This document shows, piece by piece, positions 22,825 through 35,821 of a stretch of DNA of 64,000 nucleotides; the stretch's first letter is position 1; the number at the start of each line of letters is the position of its first letter. The translations under genes were made by a program, and so were the position numbers. The notes beneath the pieces were generated by a model that saw nothing but the letters and a program-made list of their open reading frames with translations, was not told the origin of the DNA and ran no database searches. Where the stretch lies: assembly GCA_004022145.1 (NCBI GenBank), contig RCNU01000001.1, one strand, 5' to 3'. Source of the DNA: Paecilomyces variotii. Its lineage: Eukaryota.

Positions 22825-24511
22825 TCATTTCGTCTTCTTTGTGACGGCCTCGGCGTGGCCGACCTGGATCTGCTTCTCTTCAACATGCGGGTGCTTGATG
22901 GTCAGGCACCAGATGTCAATGTAGTCGCAGATCGTGGTAATGACATCGTGCTAGATAGAGTCAGCCGCATCCTAGAACTAGTTGTTTGCTGGGAGGACAT
23001 ACCACAAAGCTACCGTACACGCCCAGCGCAAGACCCAGGCAGAGGAACACGAAGGGAACCTGGTAGGGTCCATCACCGAGAATGCTGGGCCACAGACCGA
23101 AACGGGGCGCAAGGCTGTCGAGGACACCAACCGCAAGAGGCAGCAGGAGGATGTTGAAGTACGGGAAGTCGGTCTTGACCAGGTGCGCAACGATCATCCT
23201 ACCCACCGAATAGGCGTTGATGAGACCCACGTACAGGACAAACGGAATCAGATGGTTCTCCAGTATCGTCGGTTGGAGGTACAGATATCCCGGCACCAGG
23301 GTCCATGTAGCAACAAGAGGCAACAGACCGAGGAGAGGCTGGTACGGATCCAGACCGCGTGCCCGGCGACTGTTGATAACATGCACAATGCTAGACCCCG
23401 TTGCGAAGAAGAGCATCACAGCGCCATAAATGATGTACCACTGGGTGAAAGGCATGTTGTAAATCTGCTCCGGAATGATATCCGTCTTGGAGACACCTAT
23501 GGTCTCGAACATGGAGCGGTGCCAGAAGCTAGCACCACCTTGGTAGGCCGTAAAGGCGAAGACAATGCAAAGGGTCAAGACACCCTCAACGGGCCCCGAG
23601 ACGATACCCAGCGTCAGGACATGCGTGTAGTACTCGTCCCAGGTCTGGACGTAGAACGTCATGGTAGCTGCAGGCGGTCAGCAACATGGAACCACTTCCT
23701 GGAGGGAGAGACATACATCCAAACAATGTCAACACGGTAGCCCATGTCTGGCCGAGATTCATCGCGGCGCTGAAGATCAGAACACCCAAGGCGGTATTGC
23801 AGGCATCCACACCTACAAACAATCGTCAACCTACGTCCTGCGCGTCATACACGACCACATCGCAAACCTACCATGATCGAAAAGCTCGCCCAGCGGACCA
23901 CTCTGCTTCGTTCTCCGGCTATTGAAACCAAATCAGCAAGACCGGCATACCAAACACCAATACCAGTCCAGATGACCGCTTACGCTTGCATCCCATCCAC
24001 CGCATCAAAGGTCTGATACAACCACAGGCCCAGGGCCCAGCTGGCATAGACCCACGGGGGACAATCCTGATCCAGAGTCGGATTATACCAGAGCATGGTC
24101 AAGAAGTTGGCGACGACGAACATAAAGCCCGTAAGAGTGATCTAGAAAGCCATTGGATCGGATTACTATCTATGTTGACTGCAGGTGGGCATATCATAAT
24201 GCACTCGACGGGGAGACGAGACGAAAAGGCGCGTCAGGGTGGAAGGACTTACGGCGTTGGGTCTACGCGAAGGAATCGTCCACTTCCATCAGCAAACAAG
24301 TTCCTCTCTCTATCATAAATCTCCAGACCAGGGGGGGAGCTTTTTGATCAGGGGATAGGAGATCTACATACGCCATACTCATGGGAAAACATTTTATCAC
24401 AAAGTTCGAGTAGAACGGTTTGAGTATATACCGACTGACGAGGGAATGGTCGACACCAGCATATTTATACTCCCGCAGCGCGGACAATTGATATTGGCGA
24501 ATATAAACCAT
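22825..24511 (-). CDS. EPT1: Choline/ethanolamine phosphotransferase (CDP-alcohol phosphatidyltransferase)
   Basis: Multi-exon; the spliced product contains [27 protein letters not shown] (the CDP-alcohol motif), FYVQTWDEYYTHVL and ICDYIDIWCLTIK. It could equally be named CPT1. Confidence 0.92.
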
Positions 24512-25739
24512 TTTCTGCGTGATTCGCGTCCACTTCCTGGCGCGTTGGAGAGTTTCCGGTCAAGACAGGAGCGGAGGATCCGGGCGGGATCTGTCTTCAA
24601 CCCGAGACGAGGACCCTGTAGGAAAGAATTCCAAGAAACAGAATGGACCTGGAGCGGCAGAACTCCGCTGTCGTCGCCAGAAGACCAGATGCGCTGGGAG
24701 ATCAATGGGACACCTGGTCACTCGCAACGAGATCTTTTTTTTGTAGACTATTTTTTTGCCGGGGTGTTCTTTTTCTGCCCGGCGGAGAGCCAAGCACGAG
24801 ACGGCGGGACGTCATCGGTTCCTGGGCCGGGTCGATGGGCTTTCGTATCCTATTGGCTGCTGCACGTGCGCGCGGAAGGCTTCAGAAACATCCAGAGCGT
24901 CGTTGTTGATCGACTGCATCTTTCCAGTGGGACTATCGATATTTATCCACCATTCTCTTCATTTTATCATATCATCAATTTGGCAACGAGTGACTGCACC
25001 TTTGTCACGATGAACTATTAACTACTCCGTATTATTGTTGATGTTTCGAGAACTCAACAACGCCTATCGCTGCTGCTTATGGCCTAGCTGTTCTCCAGCC
25101 CGCATGTCTTAGTTCTCCCTTATTCCCGTTCGGGTAATAACCTTCGCAGGCGGATTTGGATGTCTTAGAACTTAGAAGTAGATTCCAATGTCAGGGTCAG
25201 AACAATGACTGTTATGCTCACGAGTCGACGCGTGTCATTGAGTTATCAACTGGAATATGATAGCTGAACGGCCTCAAGGATGATCACGTTTGGATAGCGA
25301 AGAACGTTAATCTCAACGTCTTAACTAGTACCAGGAACGCGTCGAATCCCCAAGTTCTAGGCTCAATAGAACCGCAAGAAGCAAGGCACTGTTTCCTGTG
25401 GAAAATCTCGATTCATACTCAAGGACGGCGCTACTATTTCACCCATGATTGATAAATACTACCGATTCATTCTGACTATGATGACGGCATGCTATGCTAT
25501 GCTATTCACATATGCTTCCGAGACATGAAAAGATGACACGAATGTCGGCTGCAAAATCGACTCGTCCATCACATGCAATCCGTGGGTTAGATAGATGGCC
25601 GCAACCGAGGCGTCTCTGCTAATATCCCTCATACCCAGTCCGGTCTGGAGAGGTGTCCACGGTGCAGGCTCTGTCCAATGTCCATGTTGAGTGTCAGGTG
25701 CGAAGGGGGCGGTCAAGCTTCTGTGAACGAGCTAGGCAT

Positions 25740-26974
25740 TTAGCCGACAGGACTCCATGGCAGGGCGATCAGGACTCTGCTCTTCATGTTCTGAATGAGC
25801 GGGACGGTCTTGTGGACGGTCTCCGCCCAGCCTTCGACATTCCAGGACTGCTCACGGCGAACTTTGCGTTCCTCCAGGTTCGCAAACTGCCACAGATGAT
25901 GCACAGTGTTCAGATCGCCGATTTGGACGAACCACGCGCCAACCCCTTCCATGACTTCCCGGCGCGCCTTGAGGCCACGGCGCCAATGAGTCTCCCACTC
26001 CAACAGGTTTCCGGGGTGAAGAGTATACGATCGCAGCTCGAAGACGCCTCCGAGGCGGCGCGGAGGGGTCGTTGGCCAGAAGGAAAACTCCTGCATGAGC
26101 GAGGTACTCTTGCTCTTAATCATAGTTCTCAGCTTGCTGTCGAACTCGTCGTATCCGGGCAGCTGAGAAATGGCGTTTAGAGAGCCATGGTAGCCGCTGT
26201 AGCGTTGGTATTCCCAAATGTGCACTGTCAAATAAGTTAGTTATCAGACAATGACCACCCAAGGTTATGAAGGGCCCAGATGTCGCTCCTACCGAATGTG
26301 TCGTTGTCACCGACTTCTGTCCGCCAGCTGCCAACCAGATTGACCTTGTTCTCTTTCATGCCCGCGATTTTCGGATACCAGTTCCCCACGAGGTCTACAT
26401 ACTCGTCCACCTTCTCGGGTTTGACCTCATGGAAGACGATCGAGTGCACGTATTTTCCGCGCGCAAGCACCTGGGAGAAGGAGCGCTCGATCTCCTTGTC
26501 GAGCTGCTGGCCCTCCTTGGTGCCGTAGAGAAGCGACGAGAGGGGGCCTCGCTTGGAGGCTTGTTCAGTGTGCTGTTCTCCTACAATACGATGGGTGGCC
26601 AGTGAGCCCAAGGCATGATGATCGAGGGATTCAGCTGCGTCAGGAACAGAAGAAACATCACCGCTCGCATTGCTCACGCTCGGAGCAGTGGGAGGCTCGG
26701 TGGTTTCTTCAAGACGATCACGGGGGTAAGTGCTAGGGGAAGAAGAAAAAGAAGCAGAAGCAGAAGCATCGGCCAACTGACTCTCTTGCTGCAACTTTCT
26801 CTGACGAGCTGCCTCGAGATTCTCTCGAAACTCTCTCTGTCGGGCATTGAACTGATCAGCAGAATCGGGCGTGAGGTCCCTGATCGAGGGGGCACGCTGC
26901 TGGATGGAAGAGGTCGAGAAGGACCGCAGGGATACGCTCAAGCGCGGGAGGCGGAGAGCACGTGTTGACAGCAT
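25740..26974 (-). CDS. NIPSNAP-family mitochondrial protein
   Basis: ATG 26974 (MLSTRALRLPRL, presequence-like); intron 26225-26292; motifs SFSQVLARGKYVH, LVGSWRTEVGD..FVHIWEY, FELRSYTLHPGNLLEW and IGDLNTVHHLW. Confidence 0.93.
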
Positions 26975-28145
26975 GGTGGGATATGGATGACAAGATGAAC
27001 CGATCCAGGCAAGCAAACAAAGCAAGCAGGCAACGCGGTGCCGGCCTCACAGTGGCCGTGTGTGTTGCGATCTCCGGGGAATAGTAAATGTTGGCTCTCC
27101 TCGGGCACGATAAGAGTCTCCCTCGAGATAGATATCCTGGGTCCTGTCCTTTGGGGTCTAGCTAAGACTCGGAGGATTCGCGTGCCACGAGACGACGATC
27201 GTGAGGAGAAGCCTGGAGGGTGCCGTCTTGGGGGTCTGCGTGAAGACTGACTGTGAGACTCGAAGACTGGGCGAGAGAGTTGATTGGGGGGGCTTGGAAA
27301 TGGTAGAGCGGGAATTGGCTGCAATCGCTGTCGATGGTAGTAGTAGTCTTCGCAGATCGGTAGCTGGTCGACTTGCAGTAACCGGGGGAGCACGAGTGTG
27401 TATAATTCCCCCAGGGATGCAGTGACCGTGCTAGTTGCAAGTAATCGTGCTTGCTAGTAGTTGGAAGAGAGAGCCAAGGGAGGAGAGATGGGTAGCAGCG
27501 CGAGGGGAAGGAGAGTCGAGAGCGAACAAGACGATCCGGTTGGGTTGCGACGCATGCGGACCGAGAGCGAAAGCTGGGGAAAGCACGGAAACGCGGGGGG
27601 AGAAGCTAGATTGATCTGTGGCGTTGGTTGTCTCGGGATTTATTGAGTCGTGTTGTTTGTCGCACAGAGACAAAAGAGCGTCTACTTATGGAGTCCAGCA
27701 TAGCTCGAATAGGTCATATTTCGATCTTAAATACCTCTTCCTTTGCTCTCCCTTGGCCCGTTGCATCCAGCTTTCTGATCTCCATAGCATGACGTCGATT
27801 ATTATTGTTGCGAGGAGTCAGTGGAGCTCAGACGGCGTGCGATTTACCGCTAGCAGCTGGAGTAGTTTAGTTAGTTAGTTATCATACGAGTATGTATGAT
27901 TATTACTTGCAAGTCTTGGGTGATTTAACTTACAGAGGAGAGTAACTAAATACCAAGTAAGTTAGCTGGGTAACTAAAGCTTCCAGTGCTTCCGTTCTTG
28001 GCTGGACCCCGCCAAAAAAGAACCAGAACCAGAACCTCAAGAGCTCAACTGCTTCACCTGCCATCTATCACACTGCCCTCCCTCGTCTGCTGGTGATCGA
28101 TCACTGCTGACAGCTCTTCTTGAGTAATTCACTAGCACAACTACA

Positions 28146-28174
28146 TCTCTCTCCCTCTCTCTCTCTCTCTCTCT
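28146..28174 (+). repeat. (CT)n microsatellite in the 5' leader of the PNPOx-like gene
   Basis: TCTCTCTCCCTCTCTCTCTCTCTCTCTCT lies immediately upstream of ATG 28186. Confidence 0.85.
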
Positions 28175-28185
28175 ATATCGCAACC

Positions 28186-28998
28186 ATGGCAGACACGCGC
28201 AATCCGCCCCTCACCTACGAGGCGTCCGCAACCACCACCCACCCACACATCGCGACTTCTCTCCCGTCTGAAGTGGTCTCATGCCTGAAGAATGCGCGCT
28301 TCGTATGTTCTGGACGCATTATACTGACATTGACTTCATCCACCGGGCATCTCACTGACGTGTGAACTGTTCTGCAGCTCCATCTCGCAACATGCGACGA
28401 CCTCACCCCTCATATCTCTCTCATGTCCTACACCTATCTTCCCTCGACGCCATTCTCCTCTGAGCCCACGATTATCATGACCACCAACCCGTCGTCCCGT
28501 AAAACTCTGCATCTGCTCTCGAATCCACGAGTCTCCCTCCTGGTCCATGACTGGGTCTCCCATCGCCCGCCCACTCGCGGTCCAAATCCCGCCGGTGCCC
28601 GTGACGGCTCCCCGCCGCCTGCGGCCACCCGCTCCTCTCTGGCCAGTCTACTGCTGAGCATCAACACGAGCGCTCTCTCCAGTATCTCTACTACCATCAC
28701 GGGCACTGCACGTTTCCTCGAGCCTGGCTCCGAGGAGGAACGTTGGGCCAAGGAACGCCATCTGGAGAACAACACCTTTGCGTCCGGTGAGGAGACCGCA
28801 CTCTTCGGGCAGCAGCAGGGCGAGCCGCAGATGGACCCTGCCACCGTGATGGATGAGTCGGTGCGGGTGGTCGTGGTGCCTATAAAGGAGGGCCGCATAG
28901 CAGACTGGAAAGGTGGGGTGCGCGATTGGAAGGTCGTCGCGGAAGGAGAGGAGCAGCACGGGTTAGTCAACGGAGTATCTCCGTCGGCTGCATCATGA
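28186..28998 (+). CDS. Pyridoxamine 5'-phosphate oxidase-like FMN-binding split-barrel protein
   Basis: Intron 28303-28377; LPSEVVSCLKNARF|LHLATC…PHISLMSYTY…RKTLHLLSNPRVSLLVHDW is typical of the fungal PNPOx-like family. Confidence 0.85.
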
Positions 28999-29824
28999 TA
29001 GCGTTCAGAGCAGAGGACGATAAGTTCTGACTTGCTATTATCAAGTTCATACGAACTTGGACTTCCAGTCGCTGATCTAGATTGGTTCCTCTGGGAAACG
29101 GACGAACATGGAAATCGGTCCTGATGTCGCTATCTTCCAAATATGTCATTCCGTACACAGCTTGCAGAGTCTGGAGTTTTCAGGGCTATGGCGTCTAGTG
29201 ACTTGGACTAAGTATGAAAATCTCCACGTATCTAAAAATCGGATACAATAAATCCATTCAAATGACGGTCGAAATAGAGAAACAGAAATACAGACCATGT
29301 TCATATAGAATCCATAATCTATCCTCTAGCACACAATAAAACCTACATTCATCTTCTACGGATCTAACTCGTAAGAACAAAGTAATAACTAGCAATTGAA
29401 TCCTGCCAGTACCCGCAAAAGTGTAATAACGCATCCATCGTATCGACCCTGTATTTGATCACGTGACATTTTATATCCGCGTAACTCCGCATCTGTAATG
29501 AACATTTCCGCCGGTCTTGTTTGCGGAGACTTGTCCAGCTTTCCAAGTTCGAGTCTCCATCCAAGCTCATAGCTATCCACATTGCACGAAGTATTGTGCT
29601 ACTGATATAGCAATTGATTGCTTTGCGGTGCAATAAGTTATTTCTTCCTTGGATTTGCGTTTCTTCCGGAAAGGGTTCTTTGTTTGGGAAATCAACGAAC
29701 TCTCTAAATAATTGCTCTCTCATTCTCTCTCTGTGTCTATCTATTCGAATCGAATCCTGATACCCTCGAACCACTCGCAATCACGAAAAGAAAATAAATA
29801 AAAAATAGACACCTCTCACACACA

Positions 29825-30685
29825 ATGAGACTCGCACACATCCACTTCCCGAACATCACGCCCTTTTCGCGCGTTTCGCATCTCCAACAAACCCTCGCTG
29901 CGCGATTATTAGCTTATAAAAAAGCATCTTCTCCCCCTGCCACTTCGACAGCAACAAGTCAAGATTCCACAACTACACCTACACCTCCCGACCCAACCAT
30001 AATCACATTCAGTCCCAATCCCGTCTACACGACCGGACGCCGCGACCTTCCTCCATCCAACACATATCCCGAAAAAGAAGACGGTCCACTATCCCTCCCT
30101 CCGCCCCTGGAACCAATTCGATCCCTCCTCACGTCCGCCAAAGATGGTTCGGCGCCCATAGCTGAATATCATCCTACGCTTCGCGGGGGACAGACGACGT
30201 ATCATGGTCCCGGGCAGTTGGTCGGATATACGGTCCTCGATCTACGACGGATGGGACTCACGCCAAGGTGTCATATTCGGTTGTTGGAAAATAGCGTCAT
30301 TGATGTGTTGGATGGGTTTGGAGTGAAGGGTTTCACGACGGAGGATCCGGGGGTGTGGGTTTCTGATGGGGGGAATGCCCTGCCGAAGAAGATTACTGCG
30401 GTCGGAGTGCATCTGCGGAGGAATATAAGCAGTTATGGAATCGGGTTGAATGTGACGGAGGAGCCGATGTGGTTCTTTAAACAGATCGTTGCGTGTGGAT
30501 TGGAAGGGAGGGAGGCGACCAGTTTGGAAGGATTGGGTGTTCGGGACGTGACGATGGAGGATGTCGCGAGGCGGTTTGTTGCTGCGTTTGTGAATAGGCA
30601 TAATAAAGATTATTGTGGGACGGGGAGTCATGGGGAGAAGATTGAGGAGGTCTATACGGTTCGGGAGGATGAGTTGTTAGATTAG
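29825..30685 (+). CDS. LIP2: Octanoyltransferase (lipoate-protein ligase B)
   Basis: PVYTTGRR, RGGQTTYHGPGQLV, PGVWV, KITAVGVHL, YGIGLNV and IVACGL are LipB motifs. Confidence 0.95.
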   Translation: MRLAHIHFPNITPFSRVSHLQQTLAARLLAYKKASSPPATSTATSQDSTTTPTPPDPTIITFSPNPVYTTGRRDLPPSNTYPEKEDGPLSLPPPLEPIRSLLTSAKDGSAPIAEYHPTLRGGQTTYHGPGQLVGYTVLDLRRMGLTPRCHIRLLENSVIDVLDGFGVKGFTTEDPGVWVSDGGNALPKKITAVGVHLRRNISSYGIGLNVTEEPMWFFKQIVACGLEGREATSLEGLGVRDVTMEDVARRFVAAFVNRHNKDYCGTGSHGEKIEEVYTVREDELLD

Positions 30686-31438
30686 ATTAGGGGGGGTAGT
30701 TGTGGGATGTCTGGATCTATCTCAGGAAAAGCTACGGGGATTATATCTATTAGCTGGGGAAATAATAGCTACAGCTGCTCCTTTCCTAAAAGGAATGCCA
30801 TCCATGAATTATAGGATACAACACTGCTGCTCCACATGGAGCTTTCCAATTAATGGAAAGATATCTTTCTCCCCGAATCATTAGATAGTATTGATTTTTC
30901 AAGAAAGACTAGGTATAAAAGTAATAAAAGTAGTAATAATAAAAAGTGCCCGGTGATCCAAACACTAGAAAAGGAATTGATGAAATGAATAGGGTACATC
31001 TCGCACCCTCACTTGCCAGAACCAACAGTCTCTCACCTATCACCGTAGCATGTGAGCATTTTTCGCGAAGTCTCTCCAAAGAGGATGCGGGGTCCCGGCA
31101 AGACGAAGTCCAAAGGTATGTATAAAAGACGATAAAGAAAAAAAGATTTTCCTGAAATCTTTCGCCTGTGCTTTCCGGATATCATAAGAGGACAGTGAAA
31201 ATCCCAAATTTGTCGTCATCAAATGTCGTGCAAAATCAGAGGGATCTCCAGTGGATCACACCAGGGAATAAGAAAAAAAAAAAAGTGGCCGCGAGGACAC
31301 GATCAGACCCAAGCCTCCGTCGAGACGCATTGGGGCGGGGAAGAAAAATCATGAGATCAAATAGAGCATGCAGATGGCGGTGGAGATGGTACGGTCGAAC
31401 TAACGAGATCTCCGGACAGAGGGCCGACATCTAGACTC

Positions 31439-32456
31439 TTACTGAATAATGCATTGCGAGCCGCCTCCTTTCGATCCCGAAGCCTTGACCTCGAGCGCAA
31501 CCTTGGCCGCTTCGTAGAAGCTCTCTCGAATCCCCCGGTTTTGAACGGCAGAGCACTCTGTGAGCAGTTAGCTAGACTGGTATCGTGCCAAAAGATCGCA
31601 ACCGTACCGAGATACTTGACAGCGCCAATCTCCTTTGCCTTGCTCAGTCCCTCCTCGAAGCTTATCGCGTTCGGGTTCTCATTCTGCTCTTCGTCCTTTC
31701 GCAGATCACACTTGAGCGCAGTCAGGACAATCTTCACTCCGGGGCAGTTTTCTTGGATCTCGGCCATCCATTTTGACGACACGTTCTCGAACGAATCTTT
31801 GTTATCAATCTATATTTGGATGCATATATTAGCCGCGACTGCCACCAGGGGGGCGTTTTTCAGTAGACTGTACGCACGCTGAAACAAAGCATTATGACGT
31901 GCGTGTCTTCGTAGGAAAGGGCGCGTAACCGGTCGAATTCTTCCTGACCTGCCGTATCCCACAGAGATAATTCCATGTGTACGTTGTCGACGAAGATATC
32001 TTGCCGGTCGATAAGCATCTGCACGTATTCAAATAAGGGCTGCGATATTTACCGTGTACATAGTTCTCTGGGAAGGTCGAGAGTGTTAGCCTGTGACATG
32101 CGACAATAGGTTTCAGGGGCTTGATTCCGTACCGAAAACAGTAGGTTCGCTGTTGAGACGCGATAGAAGGACGGTTAACACTGCTCAACAATGCGATCTA
32201 TCTGGACAGGTTCATCTTACTAGACAGTTGGGAAGAAACTGAATACGATCCGTTAGCAGGCTCGAAAGCGACGGCAGGAGCGCATACTCACCCCCTCGTG
32301 AAGACGTTCAGCGCTGATGTCTTTCCACAGGCACCATCTCCTCTATCTCTCAGGTTAGAAATGCACAATATATCCAGCCAGATCGCATGAGACTGACAGA
32401 AGCACCATCTTGCGCTGGACGACCTTCTGTCGTCCGCACAGAGCCAGCGAGACCAT
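31439..32456 (-). CDS. RHO3: Rho-family small GTPase Rho3
   Basis: Eight-exon reconstruction: [54 protein letters not shown]…[14 protein letters not shown]…LKCDLR…ECSA…CIIQ*. It has the P-loop, the Rho3-type effector loop and a CaaX box. Confidence 0.92.
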
Positions 32457-34143
32457 TGTCGGCTTTAGTGACGCGAAAGCGGAGACTGGGAGCGTAGTAT
32501 AGTCGCGAGGGAGGGGAGCTAGTCAATTGATCGGGCGAGGTCTCGTGTGTCGCAGGTTCTGGGGTCGTTGTTCAGAATCACTCTGGCAGCCTGTCAGTGA
32601 ACGAAGGCGAAGATCAGTTCCTTGATGATGTCCAGGTCGATGGCATTGAGCAGCTGGGCGTTCTCGGCGAATAAGCGATCTCAGGGACCTAGCGATCTAC
32701 AACGTGTAATGAAGCACGGGCTGGACAGCCGAGCCGCAGACTTGCTGGACAGCACATCAAAGCTTATCGTCGAACCCAATCTCGTAACTATTTTCCTTGC
32801 CGTTATTACTATTGATCGCCCGCGTGATTCTGACAGGTAACGAATGTCCTTGTTCAAAAAAAGCGTGGCTGGAGGTCAGATATTGTTACTTTTTCTCAGA
32901 TGATTGCATCCTGCGCTTCTCCTTTTCGCCAGCCACCTATAATTCCATATCTTAACGGCGAGTCAACATTGCCAGGGGTTCTGTGAGACAGTGGCATTCT
33001 TAATTACGTTGACGCGCGGCGAAGAGCCTATGGCATTGCTGATGTCTCATGGTAATCATTATTCATGGATCGAATATCTGACTTTACTATTCTGGAACTT
33101 GAGCTATGCTGCGCCGATGGAAGCTAGCAATGAAGATCTGCAAACCAGCACCGCTATCCTTTCCTGATCCGAGAAATATCTTCAGGGTTGTCTATTTTCG
33201 CGTTGCTTTTGTTAGAATATGTAGTCCTTTCTTTGAATTCTTAGAAAGACGCGAGGCAATTAAGTACCATAGGATTGCGATGCCAGAAATCCGACATTAG
33301 GTCTCAAACGGTCACCTTTCCGATAGAGTCAGTACAGGGAATGTGCAGTACCTTCACTGGTAGCATGGACGCGTAGACATCGCTACATAGTCAAGAACTT
33401 AATAGCCTATGCTACAGTATTGTAGGATCTTCCATGTCGACCCCGACTATATTGCAAGGCAAAACAGGGTCGAATGGAGCTCCGCTATAGAAACTAAGGC
33501 CAAAATGCATCAGGGATGAAGGCCAGATAATTATCGAAGTAGCGCGCAAATTCGACATAACGACGCCAATATTTCAAGTATTCATATGGGGCAATTCGCA
33601 GACTAATATCGTTGGGGAAATATCTAATTCATAAATCATTGGTTCTAGAAGCAGTTCCATGGCCAGAGAGACGGATATCTAGTCGATTGAAAAATGCGCC
33701 TGGAGGAAGTCGACGGTGGAACTCAACACTGCTCAGTTATAATGTGCAGCCGCTTAGATAACAGTGAAAATCTCACTGTAGGCTTAAACAGTGTTACCTA
33801 GCTGAGACATTGATACTGTCCCCCGTTAAGTCTATCAGATTTCTTGTATAGTAGTGCCCAGTTTTAGAGTGCCGTCCATCGAGATCGTGTTCGGCGCAGG
33901 CCACACAGATGCTGGTATACTGCCTTGGAGAACCCTCAGCTATTGCACTAGTTATGTGTCTACAGAAGAATTGAAGGGCAAATGTGAAGCTGTATACTGT
34001 GATCAGAATAAAAGTTCAATTCCTCAGGAGTTCCCTAAACCTAACGCCATATCGATAATAGTGCTGTCCCATCGATCCATAATAAACCATGCGAGGAAAA
34101 TTTGTAAACACCAAATATAATATAGCAATCATTTGCCATCCAT

Positions 34144-35438
34144 TTAGAAGGCTGCCTGTTCCCTTTCGATGTTCCCCCGGCCTCTGCGTAGTCTCTCCGA
34201 AAGATCCAGGTTGCCCGCGCGGCGATTGAGGTCGCCGACGAAAGCACCCTTGCCTCCGAGTTTGCTGGATTGAGCACGAGCTGCTTCTTCCGCTTCCCTT
34301 TCGGCCTTCTCTCGTTCTTCCGCGGCTGCTAGTCTTTCCAAGCGCTGCCGGTCGAGCTCATTTGCATCCTGCTGCATGGCCGCCAATCGAGCTGCTCTCT
34401 CGGCATCAGCATTGGCAGAAGCAGAAGCAGAAGCTGCAGGTGCAGGAGCCCTGCCAGAACCCCTGTCGGAATCCCTATATCTGTCCGGAGAACGTCTGCC
34501 ATAGTTTCGTTGGCGGGGTGACTCCGCTGGCTTGCGGTACGGTGAGCGCGATCTGGACCGGGACCGTCGCTCATAAGGTCGGTTTCGAGAATATGGAGAC
34601 GGATCGCGGGTTGTTCTCTCTTTATACGGGGACGGAGATCTTCGTGATCGATGTCTTCGCTCATCAGAGCGTCTGCTGGATCTCTCGTAATCAGGCGAAC
34701 GTGACCGGGACCGGGCAGCACTTCGGGAACGGTGTCGACGACGATGACTAGATCGGCGATCATCCTCTTCATCGTACCGGCTGCTCCTATGTCGCGAACG
34801 CCGGCTCTCATCATCCCTATGGTGGTGGCGGTGTCTGCGATGCTTGTGTTCCCTCTCTGACTTGTCATCGGCTCCCGCGGCCTTAAGCAGCTGTCTCCTT
34901 CGAACAGGGTCGTTCATCATCGCTTCGTATGCTGCTTGTTCCTGTTTCTTGATAGCAAGCATTGGATCTTCACGGATTTTCGCAGCCGTATCTCTCAGGG
35001 TGTTCGCATTCTGCGCCGTCAGGAAAGACTCCTCCTTGGCCGACTTCTCCAGCTTTTGGTTGTCTGTTCCTTTGATCAATGCGTCAATGCGTCTCTTTCC
35101 CAAGAGATAGCCTTCCATTTCTTCCGTAGTTCCAAGTTGTCCATCTGTTGGCCCACTATACATCCAGTCGACTCTGTTCTGACGCTTTTTGCCACCAGCA
35201 GCTTCTTGTAACTCCTGAAGTTCCTGTATCTGTCTCTCTTCCTGGCGTTCCCTCATCATCTGGTCGATGCGCTTGCGCTCCTCGAGCGCCTTCTTTTCTG
35301 CCAGCCATCGCTTCTCCTGGTTCTTCTGGAGAACGGGATGCCAACTTTTCTTGAGGTTCTATTTCATTCACCATGGTTAGCTTCTATCTCAGCTAGGAAT
35401 ATTGAAGATTTCCAACTTACCAGGTCACCACCACCCAT
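34144..35438 (-). CDS. CWC25: Pre-mRNA splicing factor Cwc25
   Basis: [14 protein letters not shown] start across an intron; [17 protein letters not shown] and [15 protein letters not shown] motifs; RS-rich tail. Confidence 0.95.
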
Positions 35439-35821
35439 TTTGGGCTAGTATTATGCGCAGCTAATCGAAAGCTGCTGGGTTAGGCTCGATAATGGACCAG
35501 AGGTTGGTTGTGTGCAGGTTGGCGATGTCTGCGAGAGAGTTGGATGTCCGCGACCAGCTATTATTGTAACGGGCGGCAATTGTTGTAGGCGGTGCACTAG
35601 CGGCTAAACCAGCCACTAGCGCGGGGAACGCCTTAAGTGCCCCAGATCCCGATGCCTGCGGAGCTCCAGGCTGAAATACTGGGCCAAAGACAACACCGCA
35701 GTTACAAGCAAACTTGAATCGATTTACCTTGACGCGTTCACGAAACAACTTCCCATCGACATCGAAATCTACATTAAGCTTGTTGTGAAGAGCTCTTTCT
35801 GCGGTTCGCACTATCACCACG

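Noticed and set aside
29364-29780. 138-aa ORF divergent from LIP2
   Set aside because: Non-ATG start, no motif, and it overlaps the LIP2 promoter region.
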